Positions 36,215 through 48,891 of a stretch of DNA of 64,000 nt are shown piece by piece. Each line of letters starts with the position of its first letter. Position 1 is the stretch's first letter. Location of the stretch: contig MU053934.1 in assembly GCA_013239625.1 (NCBI GenBank), positions 1,023,285 through 1,087,284 on the forward strand. The letters are read 5' to 3'. The DNA is from Lama guanicoe. Lineage: Eukaryota. The position numbers were made by a program, and so were the translations under genes. The notes below the pieces were generated by a model, which did not search any database, was not told where the DNA came from, and worked only from the letters and a program-made list of their open reading frames with translations.

Positions 36215-37410
36215 TTCACTTATTCAACAAATATTTGAGAGTATATACTAAGCACCAGGCATTGTACTTTCTGCTAGAGATACAGCTAAGAATCTAATAA
36301 AATATCTGTTCCACATAGAGTTTATACTCTAGTGGAGGGAGTTACACAATAAACAGATAAACAACTACAGTATGTCAGTTGGTAACAAATGCGATGGCAG
36401 AGAATGAAGCAGGTGAAAGGATGACCGAGCGAGGGGAGTTGCCATTGTAAGGGCTTTGGAGAAGACCTCTAGAGGGAAATGTCATATCAGCAGAGACCTG
36501 AGTGAAGTGAGAGTGAGACACGGGGTTATGTGGGGAAGAGTGTTCTGGTGGAGGAAGCAGCCACTGCCAAGGCCCTGACGTGGATGCATGCTTAGTGTAC
36601 TCAAGGACTGGCAAAGAGCCTCACGTGGTTAGAACTCAGGGAGAAAGCAAGGGATTATTGGAGACCAGGTCCGAGAAATAGCAGGGGGCCAGAATAACTT
36701 TAAAGCCCGAGGCCAATGGTAAAGTTTGGGGTTTTAACAAGTAATATGGGAAGCCATTTGAGGGTGAAATATTCTGATGTGTTTTAAAAGGATCTCTCTG
36801 GTGGCCATATAGAGAATAGAGGCTAGGGGACAAAGCCTTAAGCATATTCCAGAACATAGACGATGCTGCCTTCCGTCGGAGTATTATCAATAGGACTACT
36901 GGAAAATGTCTGGATTATGGGAATATTCTGAAGTTACAGATAACTGAATTTCCAGACAGATTGGGTATGGGGTGTGGGATGAAGTGTAAGGTATGACTCC
37001 AACAATTTTGGCCTGAGTCATTGGAATAATGGAGTTCCTGGTTACTGAGTTGTTGAAGCCTGGGAGCAAAGATCAGGAGTCCAGTTTTGGACATGTGAAC
37101 TACGAAATGGTTATTAAATAAACAAGTGGGAAGGCTGAATAGGCTTGGATGTGTGAATCCACAGAGGAAAGAGGAGGTCCAAGGTGGAATTACAACTGGG
37201 AATATGTATGTAGCACTGGGAAGCATTAGTTACAGCCGTGAAAGGAACTGAGACCATCCAAGAAATGATTGCTGCTAGAGAAGAGGTCAAAGGCTGAATC
37301 CTGGAGCATTAATCTGGCATTTAATCACCAGGAAGTTGGGAGGAGTTAGCAAGGGATATGAAGAATAACTCGTGAGTGGCCAGAGGTGTACAGGAACCAA
37401 ATTTCAAAAC
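36215..37410 (-). mobile_element. L2 LINE 3' ~1.2 kb
   Basis: attcacttattcaacaaatatttgagagtatatactaagcaccaggcattg tail, cagccactgccaaggccctga, gatcaggagtccagttttggacatgt. Confidence 0.85.
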
Positions 37411-37779
37411 GCACTTCAAAAAGGTAGATGTTCTACCATCGTACTGAACTGACCTATTCTGGCAGCCTGGGGACTAGAACCTGCCATGATGGAAGGACAG
37501 CGGACTTGGGCGCTAGTGTATCCAGGACTGACACAGGCACCTGTCCCCACATGGCTTTCAGAAAACACGTGGCACAGCAGGGGAAGAACAAAAGCAAAGC
37601 CCAGGAGGAATTTGAACTGACAGCGGTCTGGGAACCCGTGTGAGACGTCCTTTCAAGAACACCTGAAATAATTAGGGACTAGCTTGAAGGGACCCATTTA
37701 CTGTAATCAAGCCACTGGGGACTTAATTTGAGAATAAAATAGAAGTGTGATAAACCTCTGAAATTGTAAATTAAGAGAG

Positions 37780-38212
37780 AGATGATTATCGAAAGTGTTT
37801 GAAATTTCCTGCATATTAAAAAACTTGAAGAGAGAATATCAAAAGAAAACAGTCTGCAGAAAGGTTGCAAAACTATGACAGAAAAGGATTAATTTTTTTT
37901 TTTGCCATACCAAAAGCCCTACAACTGGTTTGAAAAATGAGCGAGGGATAACAACATACAGCTGTAGAAAAAGAAATATAAATGGCCGATCAATGAGAAG
38001 AAGGATGCCAAATCTCGTTTGTAATTTAAAAATGCAAATTTAAGCAGTGAGATATCATTTGTCACCTTTCAAATGTACAGATATCAAAAGGATTGATAAT
38101 ATTGTCTTTTGTCAAGGGTACAGAGAAACAGAAACTTTCACACATAGTTGGTGGAAATGTCTATTGATGCGTTTTAGTGGAGTAATTTGTCAACATCAAT
38201 GAAAAAATTTAA
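37780..38212 (+). mobile_element. Old L1ME-like ORF2 3' fragment (left half of a split element)
   Basis: aaatgcaaatttaagcagtgagatatcattt...gtcaagggtacagagaaacagaaactttcacacatagttggtggaaatgt. Continues at ~40823. Confidence 0.7.
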
Positions 38213-40822
38213 GTAAGTTTTTCGTTTTAGATTTACATAGAAATTAAGAAGACAGTACAGAGTTCTCATATACCCTACACCCATTGTCCCTTATTACTAA
38301 CATCTTGAGCGTTATTAAGGTGTATTTGTCACCACTAATGGACAAATAGTGATCCGTTACCATTAACTAAAGTCATTACTTCACTCCGATTTCCTTAGTT
38401 TTTACCTAATATGTCTCCGCTGGTCCAGGATTCATCCAGGACACCACATTATATTTAGTCATCGTGTCTTTGGAAGCACCTCTTGACTATGATCAAGTTT
38501 CTGATTTTTCCCTGTTTTGGATGACGTTGGAAGTATTTTGTAGACTGTCCCTCAACTGATTTTCTGATGTTTTTCTCATGTTTTGCCTGGGATGACAAGT
38601 TCTTGGGAGGAAGACTAAAGAGATACAATGCCATTCTCATCACATCATATAAAGGGTGCATACTGTCACCACAAATTCCTGCTTCATGATGCTAACCTGT
38701 ATCTCCTGGCAAGAGCAGTGTTTGTCAGGTTTCTCCCCTGGATTCTTTTTTCTCTCTTTGCATACTGTACTCTTGGGAAGGAAATCACTATGTTTGGCCC
38801 ACGCTTAAGGGTAGGAGAGAGATGCTGCAACTCCTTGAGGTGGCTTATCTGCACGAGTTATCTGGAATTCTTCTGCATGGGAGTTATGTCTCTTCTCCTC
38901 CACTTATCTATTCAATAATTCATTCCATCAGTGTGGATTCATAAATTTTTATTCTATACTTCGAATAGAATGCCACTTTATTTTGTTGCTTAAAATGTAG
39001 CTTTTCCTTTGGGAGCCCTTTCAATAGGCTCCTGCGTCCCCTTGGCATCCTCTGGCATTGTATTTTAAAAAAACCAAAAAACACTCTCTTCTTTTCTGGA
39101 ACTACAAGATGCTCCAGACTCATCTTGTAGATTCACTGCCCCAGTCTTAGAATCAGCCACTTCTCCAAGGAGCACTGGTTCCTCTTATTAGAAAACATTA
39201 TTAAAAACATTATTAAAAACCAAGATCTCGGTACAAGGTATTCTGTTTGCTCCTGAAGTGACTTTGTTTCAAGGTCCTCTCAGCTAACAGAATGAGGAAA
39301 TATATATGTGTCTACTAATAGCTTTATATATAATATTTATAAATATTTCTATCATCAAATCTGAAAATTCTGTCATCATTACTTCAAATATTTCTTTTAT
39401 TCAGTTCGCTTTTACTTTTTTATGGTAATCCAGTATGCACATATCATACATTTGAAAATGTCCCACAGTTCTCGAGTGTTTTTTGTTTTGTTTTATTTTG
39501 TTTCCTCTTTGCATTTTAGTGTGGAAAGATTCTATCAGCTCGTGTTCAAGACCATGTCCGGTCTACTTAGGAGTCCACCAAAGATATTCTTTATTTCTTT
39601 TACCATGCTTTGATTTCTAGTGTTTCCTTTGGATTCTTTCTTAGACTTTCCGTCTCTCTGTTAACATTACCATCTGTTTTTCATGTTGTCTACTTTTCCC
39701 ATTAGAATGCTTAACGTATCAATTATAGTTGTGTTAAATTCTCTGTCTGATAATTCTCACATCTGCATCATGTGAGTCTGGTTCTGTTAGTTGACTTGTC
39801 TTTTTAGACTCGGTTTTATTTTCTTGCCTCCTGGCCAGTCTTATGATTTTGGTGAAACTCAGCTATTTTGTATCGGGTGATAGAAACAGAAGAAAATAGG
39901 TCTCTGCTGTAAAGATTTGTGTAAATATGGCTAATATTTGGTCATTGTTTAAATTTTCCTTAATTATAGATGTCAGAGTCTTCAGATTCCTCTAATGTCC
40001 GTGTTTCTGTCTCCTCTGTTTACTTTGGAATTCCCTAAGCCCTACTCTTCAGAGAGAGCCTGTGTCTTCTATCTCTTTTAGCTATAATCTGTTCTTATTT
40101 TATTGAAATACTGTTATTGTGCTAATGAGGTGTGGGGGAGAGGTGAATTCCACAATCTTCCAATTTAAATCAGTGTTTCACTGGTCCTATGTTCCGAGGG
40201 CTGTGACTTCACAGTGTTTTCTTCAATTATATAGCTGTTTTCCCCTACACCTGACTCTGTTCCCTGGATACAGTGTTCCCAGTCACTTTACTGTAAGCCT
40301 AACCTCTCTTTATCATAAATTTTTCTTTCTGGAGTGGGAAGAATTCCCTTCCCTGATCTGGGAAAAGGCCCTGGCAGTCTTTCCTCCAGACATTAGGCAT
40401 TTCTTACGAAAAATTTTCTGACTTTATTTCATAAGGATTGCCTTGCCTTCCCCTTGCAAGAAACACTGACACCTGGTGGAGTTCCTGGAGCTAAAGCCCA
40501 GGGAGTCCCCCATCTCCCGCCAAGACCACAGCCACCAGGAATTTCTCACTTCCACACTCGTCCACACTCTGCCTCCAGAAATTCATCAGAACTCCCACTG
40601 AAGTGCTTCTTTGTTTATGGCTCCAGCAGCTTCCACCCCAGGCTAGGTCTCTCTGGATGTGTCTGCCCAGATTTCAAGATGGTATTTGGTCCCATGATCA
40701 TGGTTCTCTGATAGACCCAAGAAAATTTATTGATTTTCAATTTGTCCAGCTTTTCTTGTAAGAACAAGACTGATGACTTCCAAGCTTTTCATGTGTCAAA
40801 GCTGAAATCGTTAGTCTCAGTC
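38213..40822 (-). mobile_element. L1MD/L1MC-like element: 3'UTR joined to ORF1/5' end, ORF2 absent
   Basis: 3' end ttttagatttacatagaaattaagaagacagtacagagttctcatatacc. From ~39350 the text is ORF1/5'UTR-like, ending gatgacttccaagcttttcatgtgtcaaagctgaaatc. Candidate TSD aaaatttaa at 38204-38212 and 40823-40831. Confidence 0.7.
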
Positions 40823-41310
40823 AAAATTTAAAATATGACTTTCTTCAGCCTAGCAATTCTTACCCCAGGAATTTTATACTGCAAACATTCTTGCATAAGA
40901 ACACAAAATATATATACAGACGTATTCACTGTAGTTTTATGTGTAACATTGAACAACAGGAAACAATTATGTGTCTACCAGGAGGATACTCGTTAAATAG
41001 TTAATGGTATATCTATGCAAGGAATTACTATGCATCTGGAAAACTAGCAATGTAGATTTATGTAGCTCAGGATGTCCAAATGGGGGAAAGCATGTTGCAG
41101 TTTGAATATATAATAAGATTTCTGTGTAATGTTAAAAAAGGCACACCATGTAAAAGTCTATATATACATAGAACACGACTAGAGCAACACACAGTTGAAA
41201 CAGTAACTGTTGCTCCTTTTGGAGAATGAGCGGAGATGGAAACATTTACTTTCCATTTTATAGCTTCCTGTGCCTCTTAATTCTTTTACAAAGAGCATGC
41301 ATTAATTAAT
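40823..41310 (+). mobile_element. Old L1ME-like 3' end (right half of the split element)
   Basis: cctagcaattcttaccccaggaatttta...gtattcactgtagt...aatggtatatctatgcaaggaattactatgca. Confidence 0.7.
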
Positions 41311-42250
41311 TATTAGATAGACTGAGAAAGAAGAAATAAAACTGTCTTTGTTTGCAGATGGCATGGTTGTCTATGTAGAAAATCTGAAAGAATCAATAAA
41401 AAACAAAACAAACAAAGCTCCTGAAACTAAGAGGTGATTATAGCAAAGTTGTGGAATACAAGATTAATATGAAGAAATCGGTTGCTTTTCTGTATACCAG
41501 CAATGAACAACTGAAATTTGAAATTAAAAACACAATGCCATTTAGATTACAACCAAAAAATGAAATACTTAGATATGACTCTAATAAAATACATACAAAA
41601 TCTATATGAAGAAAATTGCAAAACTCTGATGAAAGGAATCAAAGAACTAAATAAATGGAGAAATATTTCATGATTATGGGTAAGAACACTCAATATTGTC
41701 AAACTGTCAGTTCTTTCCAATTTGATCTATAGATTCAACACAATTTCAATCACATTCCAGCAAGTTATTTTTTGAATACTGGCAAACTGATTCTAAAGTT
41801 TATATGGAAAGCAAAGACCCAGAATAGCCAACACAATACTGAACGGTAGAAAAAAGTTGGAGGACTGTTGGTAACTGACTTCAAGACTTAACAATAAAGC
41901 TACAATAATCAACACAGTGTGGTACTAGTGAAAAAATAGACAAATAGATCAATGGAACAGAATAGAGAGCCCAGAAACACAGCCATATAAATCATACAAA
42001 TAGTCAACTGATCTTCAACAAAAGAGCAAAGGCAATGCAATGGAGAGAGAGAGAGATTTCAATAAATGGTGTTGGAACAATTGGACATTCACATCAAAAA
42101 AAAAATCTAGATATAAACCTTACATCTTCACAAAAAATTAACTTAAAATAGATCATGTTCTATACCTAATTGGACCTAAATATACAGTTGACCTTTGAGC
42201 AACATGGGTTAGGACTGTGCAGTTCCATTTATACATGGTTTTTTTTTTTT

Positions 42251-42514
42251 NNNNNNNNNNNNNNNNNNNNNNNNNNNNNNNNNNNNNNNNNNNNNNNNNN
42301 NNNNNNNNNNNNNNNNNNNNNNNNNNNNNNNNNNNNNNNNNNNNNNNNNNNNNNNNNNNNNNNNNNNNNNNNNNNNNNNNNNNNNNNNNNNNNNNNNNNN
42401 NNNNNNNNNNNNNNNNNNNNNNNNNNNNNNNNNNNNNNNNNNNNNNNNNNNNNNNNNNNNNNNNNNNNNNNNNNNNNNNNNNNNNNNNNNNNNNNNNNNN
42501 NNNNNNNNNNNNNN
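42251..42514. other. Assembly gap (264 N) with duplicated flanks 42017-42250 and 42515-42747
   Basis: N run. The sequence after the gap repeats the ~234 bp before it, differing only in homopolymer length. Confidence 0.97.
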
Positions 42515-42681
42515 AACAAAAGAGCAAAGGCAATGCAATGGAGAGAGAGAGAGATTTCAATAAATGGTGTTGGAACAATTGGACATTCACATCAAAAAAA
42601 AATCTAGATATAAACCTTACATCTTCACAAAAAATTAACTTAAAATAGATCATGTTCTATACCTAATTGGACCTAAATATA

Positions 42682-42905
42682 CAGTTGACCTTTGAGCAAC
42701 ATGGGTTAGGACTGTGCAGTTCCATTTATACATGGTTTTTTTTTTTTCAATAGCAAATACTACAGGACACAATCAGCAGTTGGTTGAATCTGCAGGTGTG
42801 GAACCGGATACAAAGGAACCACATATACAGAAGGAGGGCTGACTCTAAGTTATACTTTGCAGAGAGTTGGCGCCCCTAACTCCCATATTGTTCAAGGATC
42901 AACTG
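42682..42905 (+). mobile_element. MER8-like (TcMar-Tigger) MITE with TIRs and TA TSD
   Basis: ta|cagttgacctttgagcaaca ... tgttcaaggatcaactg|ta. The L1 reads through when it is removed (gacctaaata..taaaatgcaaaact). A partial copy at 42185-42250 belongs to the gap duplication. Confidence 0.85.
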
Positions 42906-44214
42906 TAAAATGCAAAACTGTAAAACTCTTAGCTGATAACAGAAGGAAATCTAAAAGACCTAGATTTGACAATGACTTTTTACATCCCACATCAATTAAA
43001 TAATGGATAAGTTGTAATTCATTAAAATTAAAAACTTCTGCTCTATAAAAGACAGTGTAAAGAGAACAAGAAGACAAGTCACAGACTGGGAGAAAATATT
43101 TGCAAATGACGTACCTGATAAAAGTCTCATCCAAAACATACTGAAAAAAAATCTTCAAACTCAACAATAGGAAATTATACATAAGGATTAAAAATGAATA
43201 AAAACTCTGAACAGACATATCATCAAAGAAGACATGTAGATCACAAACAAGTATATGAAAGATATTCAACATCGTAGTCATTAGGGAGTTGCAAATTAAA
43301 ACAACAAAGAGATACAACTGTATACTTATTAGAATGGCAAAATCCAAATGCTAACACCAAATGCTGGTGAGGATGTGGAGCAACAGGAACTCTCATTCAT
43401 TACTATTGGAAATTGAAAATGATAGAAAATGAGACAGCTTGACAGTTTCTTACAAAATTAAATATAGTCATAACCACACAATCCAACGATATGCTCCTTG
43501 GTATTTGCCCAAAGGAGTTGAAAACTTAAAGCAAAAACCTGAACATAGGTGTTTACAGCAACTTTATGCAAAATTGCCAAAGCTTTTTGAAAGCAACAAA
43601 AATGTCCTTCAGTAAGCAAATGGATAAACAAAGTGTGGTACATCCATACAATGAGATGTTATTCAGTGCGAAGAAGAAATGAGCTATCAAGCCCTGAAAA
43701 GACACGGAAGAACCTTAAATGCTTTACTAAGTGAAAGAATCCAATCTGAAAAGGCTACAGACTGTGTGATTCCAAGTATACGACATTATGTAAAAGTCAA
43801 AACCATGGAAACCATGAAAGATCAGTGGTTGCCAGGAGCTGGGGGAGAAAAGGATGAAACTACGTTTAGAGTGCTCAAACTCTTCTGTGTGATCCTTCAC
43901 TGGTGGGTCCATTTCTATGTTTGTCAAATCATGTAGAACGTACACCAAGAGTGAATCCTCATGTAAACTACAGACTTTGCATGATAAATATGCATTAATG
44001 TAGGTTCATTGATTGTAAAAAATACATCATTCTGGTATGGCATTTTGATAGTGGGGAGACAGTGCATGTAAAGAACCCTTGTTTGTTGTATTGGAACTCT
44101 TTACTGTCCACTTAGTTTTTGCTGTGAACCTAAAACTGTTCCAAAAATGTTAAGTTTATTATAAATACATAAATATTAAATATAAACATAATAAATATTA
44201 CGTATATTTTGTAT

Positions 44215-44789
44215 GCTCTGTAATACACACACAATGCCGTACCTCCCATTTTGTTTGCAGGAAAAGTAATAGATCTGAGGGAGTATGAAAATAAACTAGC
44301 CAGATTTGAACAAAAACCTTTGCAAAACTGAAAAATAACTATTATGATTTAGTCAGCCCAGCCAATGACACATTCTTCTATTTGAACCCCGTACTATTTG
44401 GTTTTCGGTTATGATGACCATTAAAACCAAGTATCAAAATAAACTGGATTTTGAGCCAGATCTTCAAACTGGTGTTTCACATTATGATAAATCATGATTT
44501 TCAAAAGTAATAAAGCGTATTGAATCACAGTCTTCACTAAAATATTAATGCTGATATGTTTTAGTGACAGTAACAAGATTTTTGTTGTGCTGTCATGTCA
44601 AATACAATTATTGTAAATAAATTCGTCTTTAACTCATCTCCCTTTTTTCCTGTTATTTTGTGCAGAATAGACGTATTTTAATAAAATAAGATGTATAATT
44701 TAAAAGTAAATAATATATGTTTTGGGAATGTGCTCAACGTTTATACCCATTTTGGAGGTGTATGATCAAAAAAGTCTATAAGCTACTGG
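44215..44789 (+). mobile_element. hAT-Charlie DNA transposon 3' fragment with transposase C-terminus remnant
   Basis: 44402-44494 translates to FSVMMTIKTKYQNKLDFEPDLQTGVSHYDKS, resembling the hAT dimerisation-domain motif FS..IKTK.R..L..E.DL. Ends gatcaaaaaagtctataagctactg (degenerate TIR). Confidence 0.7.
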
Positions 44790-45787
44790 TTCAGAGGGTC
44801 AGACACACTAGTAAGTAAATGTTTTGTTTGTTTTGTGTTTTGCCAACATCGACGACAAAGGCATAGAACAGGGGGCTTTAGGAGCTCAAAAAAGGGACAC
44901 TTCTTGCTTTTGCTCTGGAGAATATTAGCAGCATTATCATACAGTCTTTATTTACTTCACATTTTAAGTACAAAATGTTCATGGGCTTCCAGAAAAACAC
45001 ATTTGCCTGACAGTTAGAAAATGCTCCCATTTCGGGATTGAGGCCCTTTTCCTGTAAATGGTTTCCTATATGTTGCAACGTAGTATTTAATGCAAAATTA
45101 ATATCTATCTAGGGGACAAAAACTCTTTCAGCCGTGACTTCGTGGCTGGTCTGTTACCCAGCCTTTAACAGTTTATTCCTGTTTCCTACCTTCTGTTTCT
45201 TTCGCTTCCCCAGAGCTGAGACAGAAGAATCTTCGGCATCCTCTCATGCGTCTGTGTGAGGGGCAGCTGATAGGGCGGGAGCAGCCATTGTCTTATTCCT
45301 GAGAAAGAAGAGAACAGTAAACTGGAAAATGGCGTTGCAACGTGGAATAGGGGTGAGTCAGCTTCTCGCATGTTGAGCAGGTCATACGGGGCTAAAACCA
45401 TGATCACTGGCTCAGCAAGACACCTTAGAAACCACTTAATCCAACCCTCTTATCTTAAAGATGAGGAAATTGGGTCTCAGAGGGCTTTCGGGGCTCAGCC
45501 ATAGAGCCACCAGCTTGACGCTATGACACCAGCAGGTCATAGATTACAGTCTAACGCTTTCACTTGTGATTGGGGAAACTGAGGCTCACTCAGCAAGTTG
45601 AGAGACTTTTCCAAGATTACACAGTGAGATGGGGGATCCAAGAGGAGATTCAGGCTCTTGAATCCCATGCTGGGTTGGCAGCACCCTACATCAGATCATT
45701 CAGTCTAAAGAGACAAAGACTGAAGAGAGATAAAATGGTAAAACCCATTATATCATACTTAACATCAGAGTCTGGGCTTCCTCGCTG

Positions 45788-46493
45788 TGTAATTAAGAAT
45801 TTGGCTGGCCTTTGTCCTCATTTATGGGAGATAACTTCTAAATCCTCGGGATTTTTTGAGTACTAGGAGTGCCTTTGCTATTCCTGGTGAGTACCTCTGA
45901 CCACACCTGATCACCTGACAGTATATGCTGACAAGGTGACTCCTGGCGGTGATAGTTTATGGTAATGAATGAGATGACTCAGGAGGGGACCAGCCGTGCC
46001 AGTGAGCAGAAGGTTGAGGCTTTGTGCCATGTGACATCAGCCTTACCTCCAGGATAGAGCAGCTGCAAACTGAGTTCAAGTACATGGCCAATGAGTCAGT
46101 CCATCACACTCTTGCAATTAAATCCCAGTAAGCACCAGTGAGCGCCTTTCACTGGTGATAGCCCACAGTGCCTCGGAGGGTACACATCCTCACACAACAG
46201 GAGCTTCGCGTCTGGGGTCTTTCCAGACCTCATCTTGTGCTTCCCTCCCTTTGCATCTTTTTGCTGTAACAACAATGTAGGGATAAGTCTAGCATTTTCC
46301 CGAGTTCTGCAAGTCATTCTAGTGAATTAGTAAATCTGAGGATGTCGTGAGAACCCCTGAGTCGTGACAGCTGGTCAGAAATGAGGGTGCTTGGTAAGTC
46401 CCAGCTCTGTTACCGATGTCTGAACCAGAGTCCCTTGGAGGGCTGTGAACTCAACCTGTGAAGTCTGGCCTAACTCCAGGTAGTGGGTTTCAG
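45788..46493 (+). mobile_element. MER21-like LTR
   Basis: tgtaattaagaatttggctggcctttgtcc...gggagataacttctaaatcc...gagttctgcaagtcattctagtgaatta...tctggcctaactccaggtagt. Confidence 0.8.
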
Positions 46494-47889
46494 AAGTCAT
46501 TGCACTCGCGTTCCTAAGATACTGAAGTTTAGGGGGTAAGGGCAGAGATGAGTCTGAACAGGCCTCAGTTAAGACAATCAAGTAAGCCCTGCTTTACTGT
46601 CTCCACAGAAACGCCCATTTTCCCCAAACTCCTGCCCTCACCAGTCCACACCAATGGTACTGTATCAGCAGTTCCCCACCCATTCTTTGAAACATCCTCG
46701 AAATATAACAGAGCAGTGCTTTTCTTTTTTTGTCCTGCTGGCCCAAGATTAGTTATTTTGAGAGCAAGATAAAAATCTTTTCTCTCACACACAGAGAAAG
46801 AGAGAGAGAGAGAGAGTCATTTCTCTTGTGTAGGAAAAAAAAAACAGGCAAAAATACAAACCACTTCACTTCTTGTCTTGGGTAATTGCTGGTTTGGGTT
46901 TCACCAAGTAAGTTCAGGGATTACTTGAACGTTGGAAGAAGTTGGCAGTCAAGATGGCTGCCTCCCCCGACCCCGCCTTCAGCAAAGCAGGCTTGTCCTG
47001 CCGTGTTTTCCCTCTTTGGAACAGCAGGCAATTTTTTCAGAAGTCTTTTCTTGAGTCTGCTTGGTGCCCAAGCATGAATTCCAAAAGATAGAGAGAATGA
47101 AACGGCTGAAAAAAAGTTGAGCCGCGATATCGAAGGAAGGGAAGGTACAAGTATGCAGCAAGAACCATGTTTTACATACAGGAAGTCAAAGGTTATTATT
47201 TTCTTGGTTTTTGTTGTTGTTTGTTGGCTTTTTGAGAGTATATCTGGTGGGCACAAGGACTGGGAAATGCAGTAAAGAAACAGGCTGCAACTGCTTTAGA
47301 CTTCTGGTGGGAAGTTTCCCACTTAGCCCTTCTCAGCTAGACTCACTAAGAATCCCCTGGCGGGTCAGTCCTTTCAAGAGCTGCTAGACCCTCCGAGTTC
47401 CAGGCCCTCCGACCGGTGGGGTGTCAGGGTAGATCTTCACCTCTTGTCTGATAGCAGGTGTGCCTGAAGAGAACCACGGACATTTTGGGGGCTAGAAAGG
47501 TTTGCTCTTATAGAAAAGAACAATTTGTATAGGACATAACCCTCTACTCCATGAAAGATAACATGGTTGATAACTAGAAATGTAAGGATTTCATTAATTT
47601 CTAAAAGTATTTCCGGAGCAGGTGTTATGTAGACCCGACAGGGAGCTGAGAATGGGGACTAGTTGGGAAGAATAAGACATTTGCCACAGGTCACAGGTGA
47701 GCACATGAATAATTGGCGTCTCGTGTGATAAGAGCTCTCCTCGAGAGATTGTACAGGTTGCCTGGGAGCAGAGATGAGTGCCCGATTTTAGGATGGAGAC
47801 ACTGGAAAAGGAAGAGAAGGGAACATCTGACCTGGAGATAAGCTGACAGCTTGGAAAGGGCAGGGGCTTCAACGTGCATCTGGTAATGT

Positions 47890-48075
47890 GCAAACCCCCT
47901 CCTCCAGCTCTGTGACCTTGGGAAAGTCACTTAACCCTTCTGAGCCTGTGTTTATTCACCGTAACATAAAGGTTACACCCACCTCATGGGGTTATAGAGA
48001 GGGTTAGATGGGATCACTTGTCGTCATAGAGCAGTGCCTGGTCCGTGGTGAAACCCCAGCAAACAGTGGCTCAGT
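47890..48075 (+). mobile_element. MIR SINE
   Basis: ctgtgaccttgggaaagtcacttaacccttctgagcctgtgttt. Confidence 0.8.
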
Positions 48076-48891
48076 GATTGCAATTAAGGTCAAGCTGGAT
48101 TTCTCCATTCCAGAGGGGCAATTGTAGGGAAGCAGATGACTCAGATCTCTCACTTGGACGACTAGGCAGATACCGAGGACAAGCACAATTAATTCGGGAG
48201 AAAGAAGCTGGGAAATGAGCGTGGTTTGGAGTGAGTTGCAGCTGACATGCTTGTGGCACATCCGGGAGGAACGATAATCAGGAAGGGAGGCAGAGGAAGA
48301 AGGCAGGGGCTGTTAACTGCCCCAGGGGAACTCAGCCCATCAGGGCAGCTCAGAACTCCCTCTGCCTCCGTCTTTGCAGTTCCTATTAGTCAAGCCGAAG
48401 ACCCTGTCTCTCCAGTGACTCAGACTTTATTTTGGCTCATTTCCTTGAATTCTCTGAGAATAGCTACAGGCAGGCATGAGCCCTTATTTGACTCATTAAC
48501 TCAATCATTATTTTTCTTCTTATATTCTGTAAATATATCGAGGTATCTACTATATGCCAAAAGCTGATGTAGAATCTAGAGAAACCACGTTAAATGAAAT
48601 TGTTGAGTTCCTTTCTCAGTAAGATTAAATATACTTATGTGCATGTAAGTGTCAGGTATCTCCATGCCCCTCCTTTTACTCACTGACAGTTTCATTTCAA
48701 CAGAAGAGAACATTTCTTCCTTTCACATGAATTCTGGATGATTTTGTGGCAAAGAAGAAAAAAAATTAAGGGAAAACCACCTTGGAAGGATCTTAGAAAT
48801 CACATAGTCCAGTCTCCTTGGTTCAACAAATATTTATTGAATATATATTATGTATCAGGCACCCCTATGAATAAAAAAAGCCAAAAAAAGA

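Larger units (their letters stand above)
41317..44165 (+). mobile_element. L1MC1-like LINE, 5'-truncated (ORF2 RT C-terminal part plus 3'UTR), containing a MER8 and the assembly gap
   Basis: ctgtctttgtttgcagatggcatggttgtctatgtagaaaat (LFADGMVVYVEN, an RT FADD-like motif) and a 3'UTR gagctatcaagccctgaaaagacacggaagaaccttaaatgc...ttttgctgtgaacctaaaactg. Multiple stops and frameshifts. Confidence 0.9.

Noticed and set aside
42153..42653. Long ORFs (96-166 aa) in the ORF track
   Set aside because: They are open only because they run through the N gap.
46133..46157. 9-bp-stem hairpin caccagtga...tcactggtg
   Set aside because: Short, inside an LTR, and within chance expectation.
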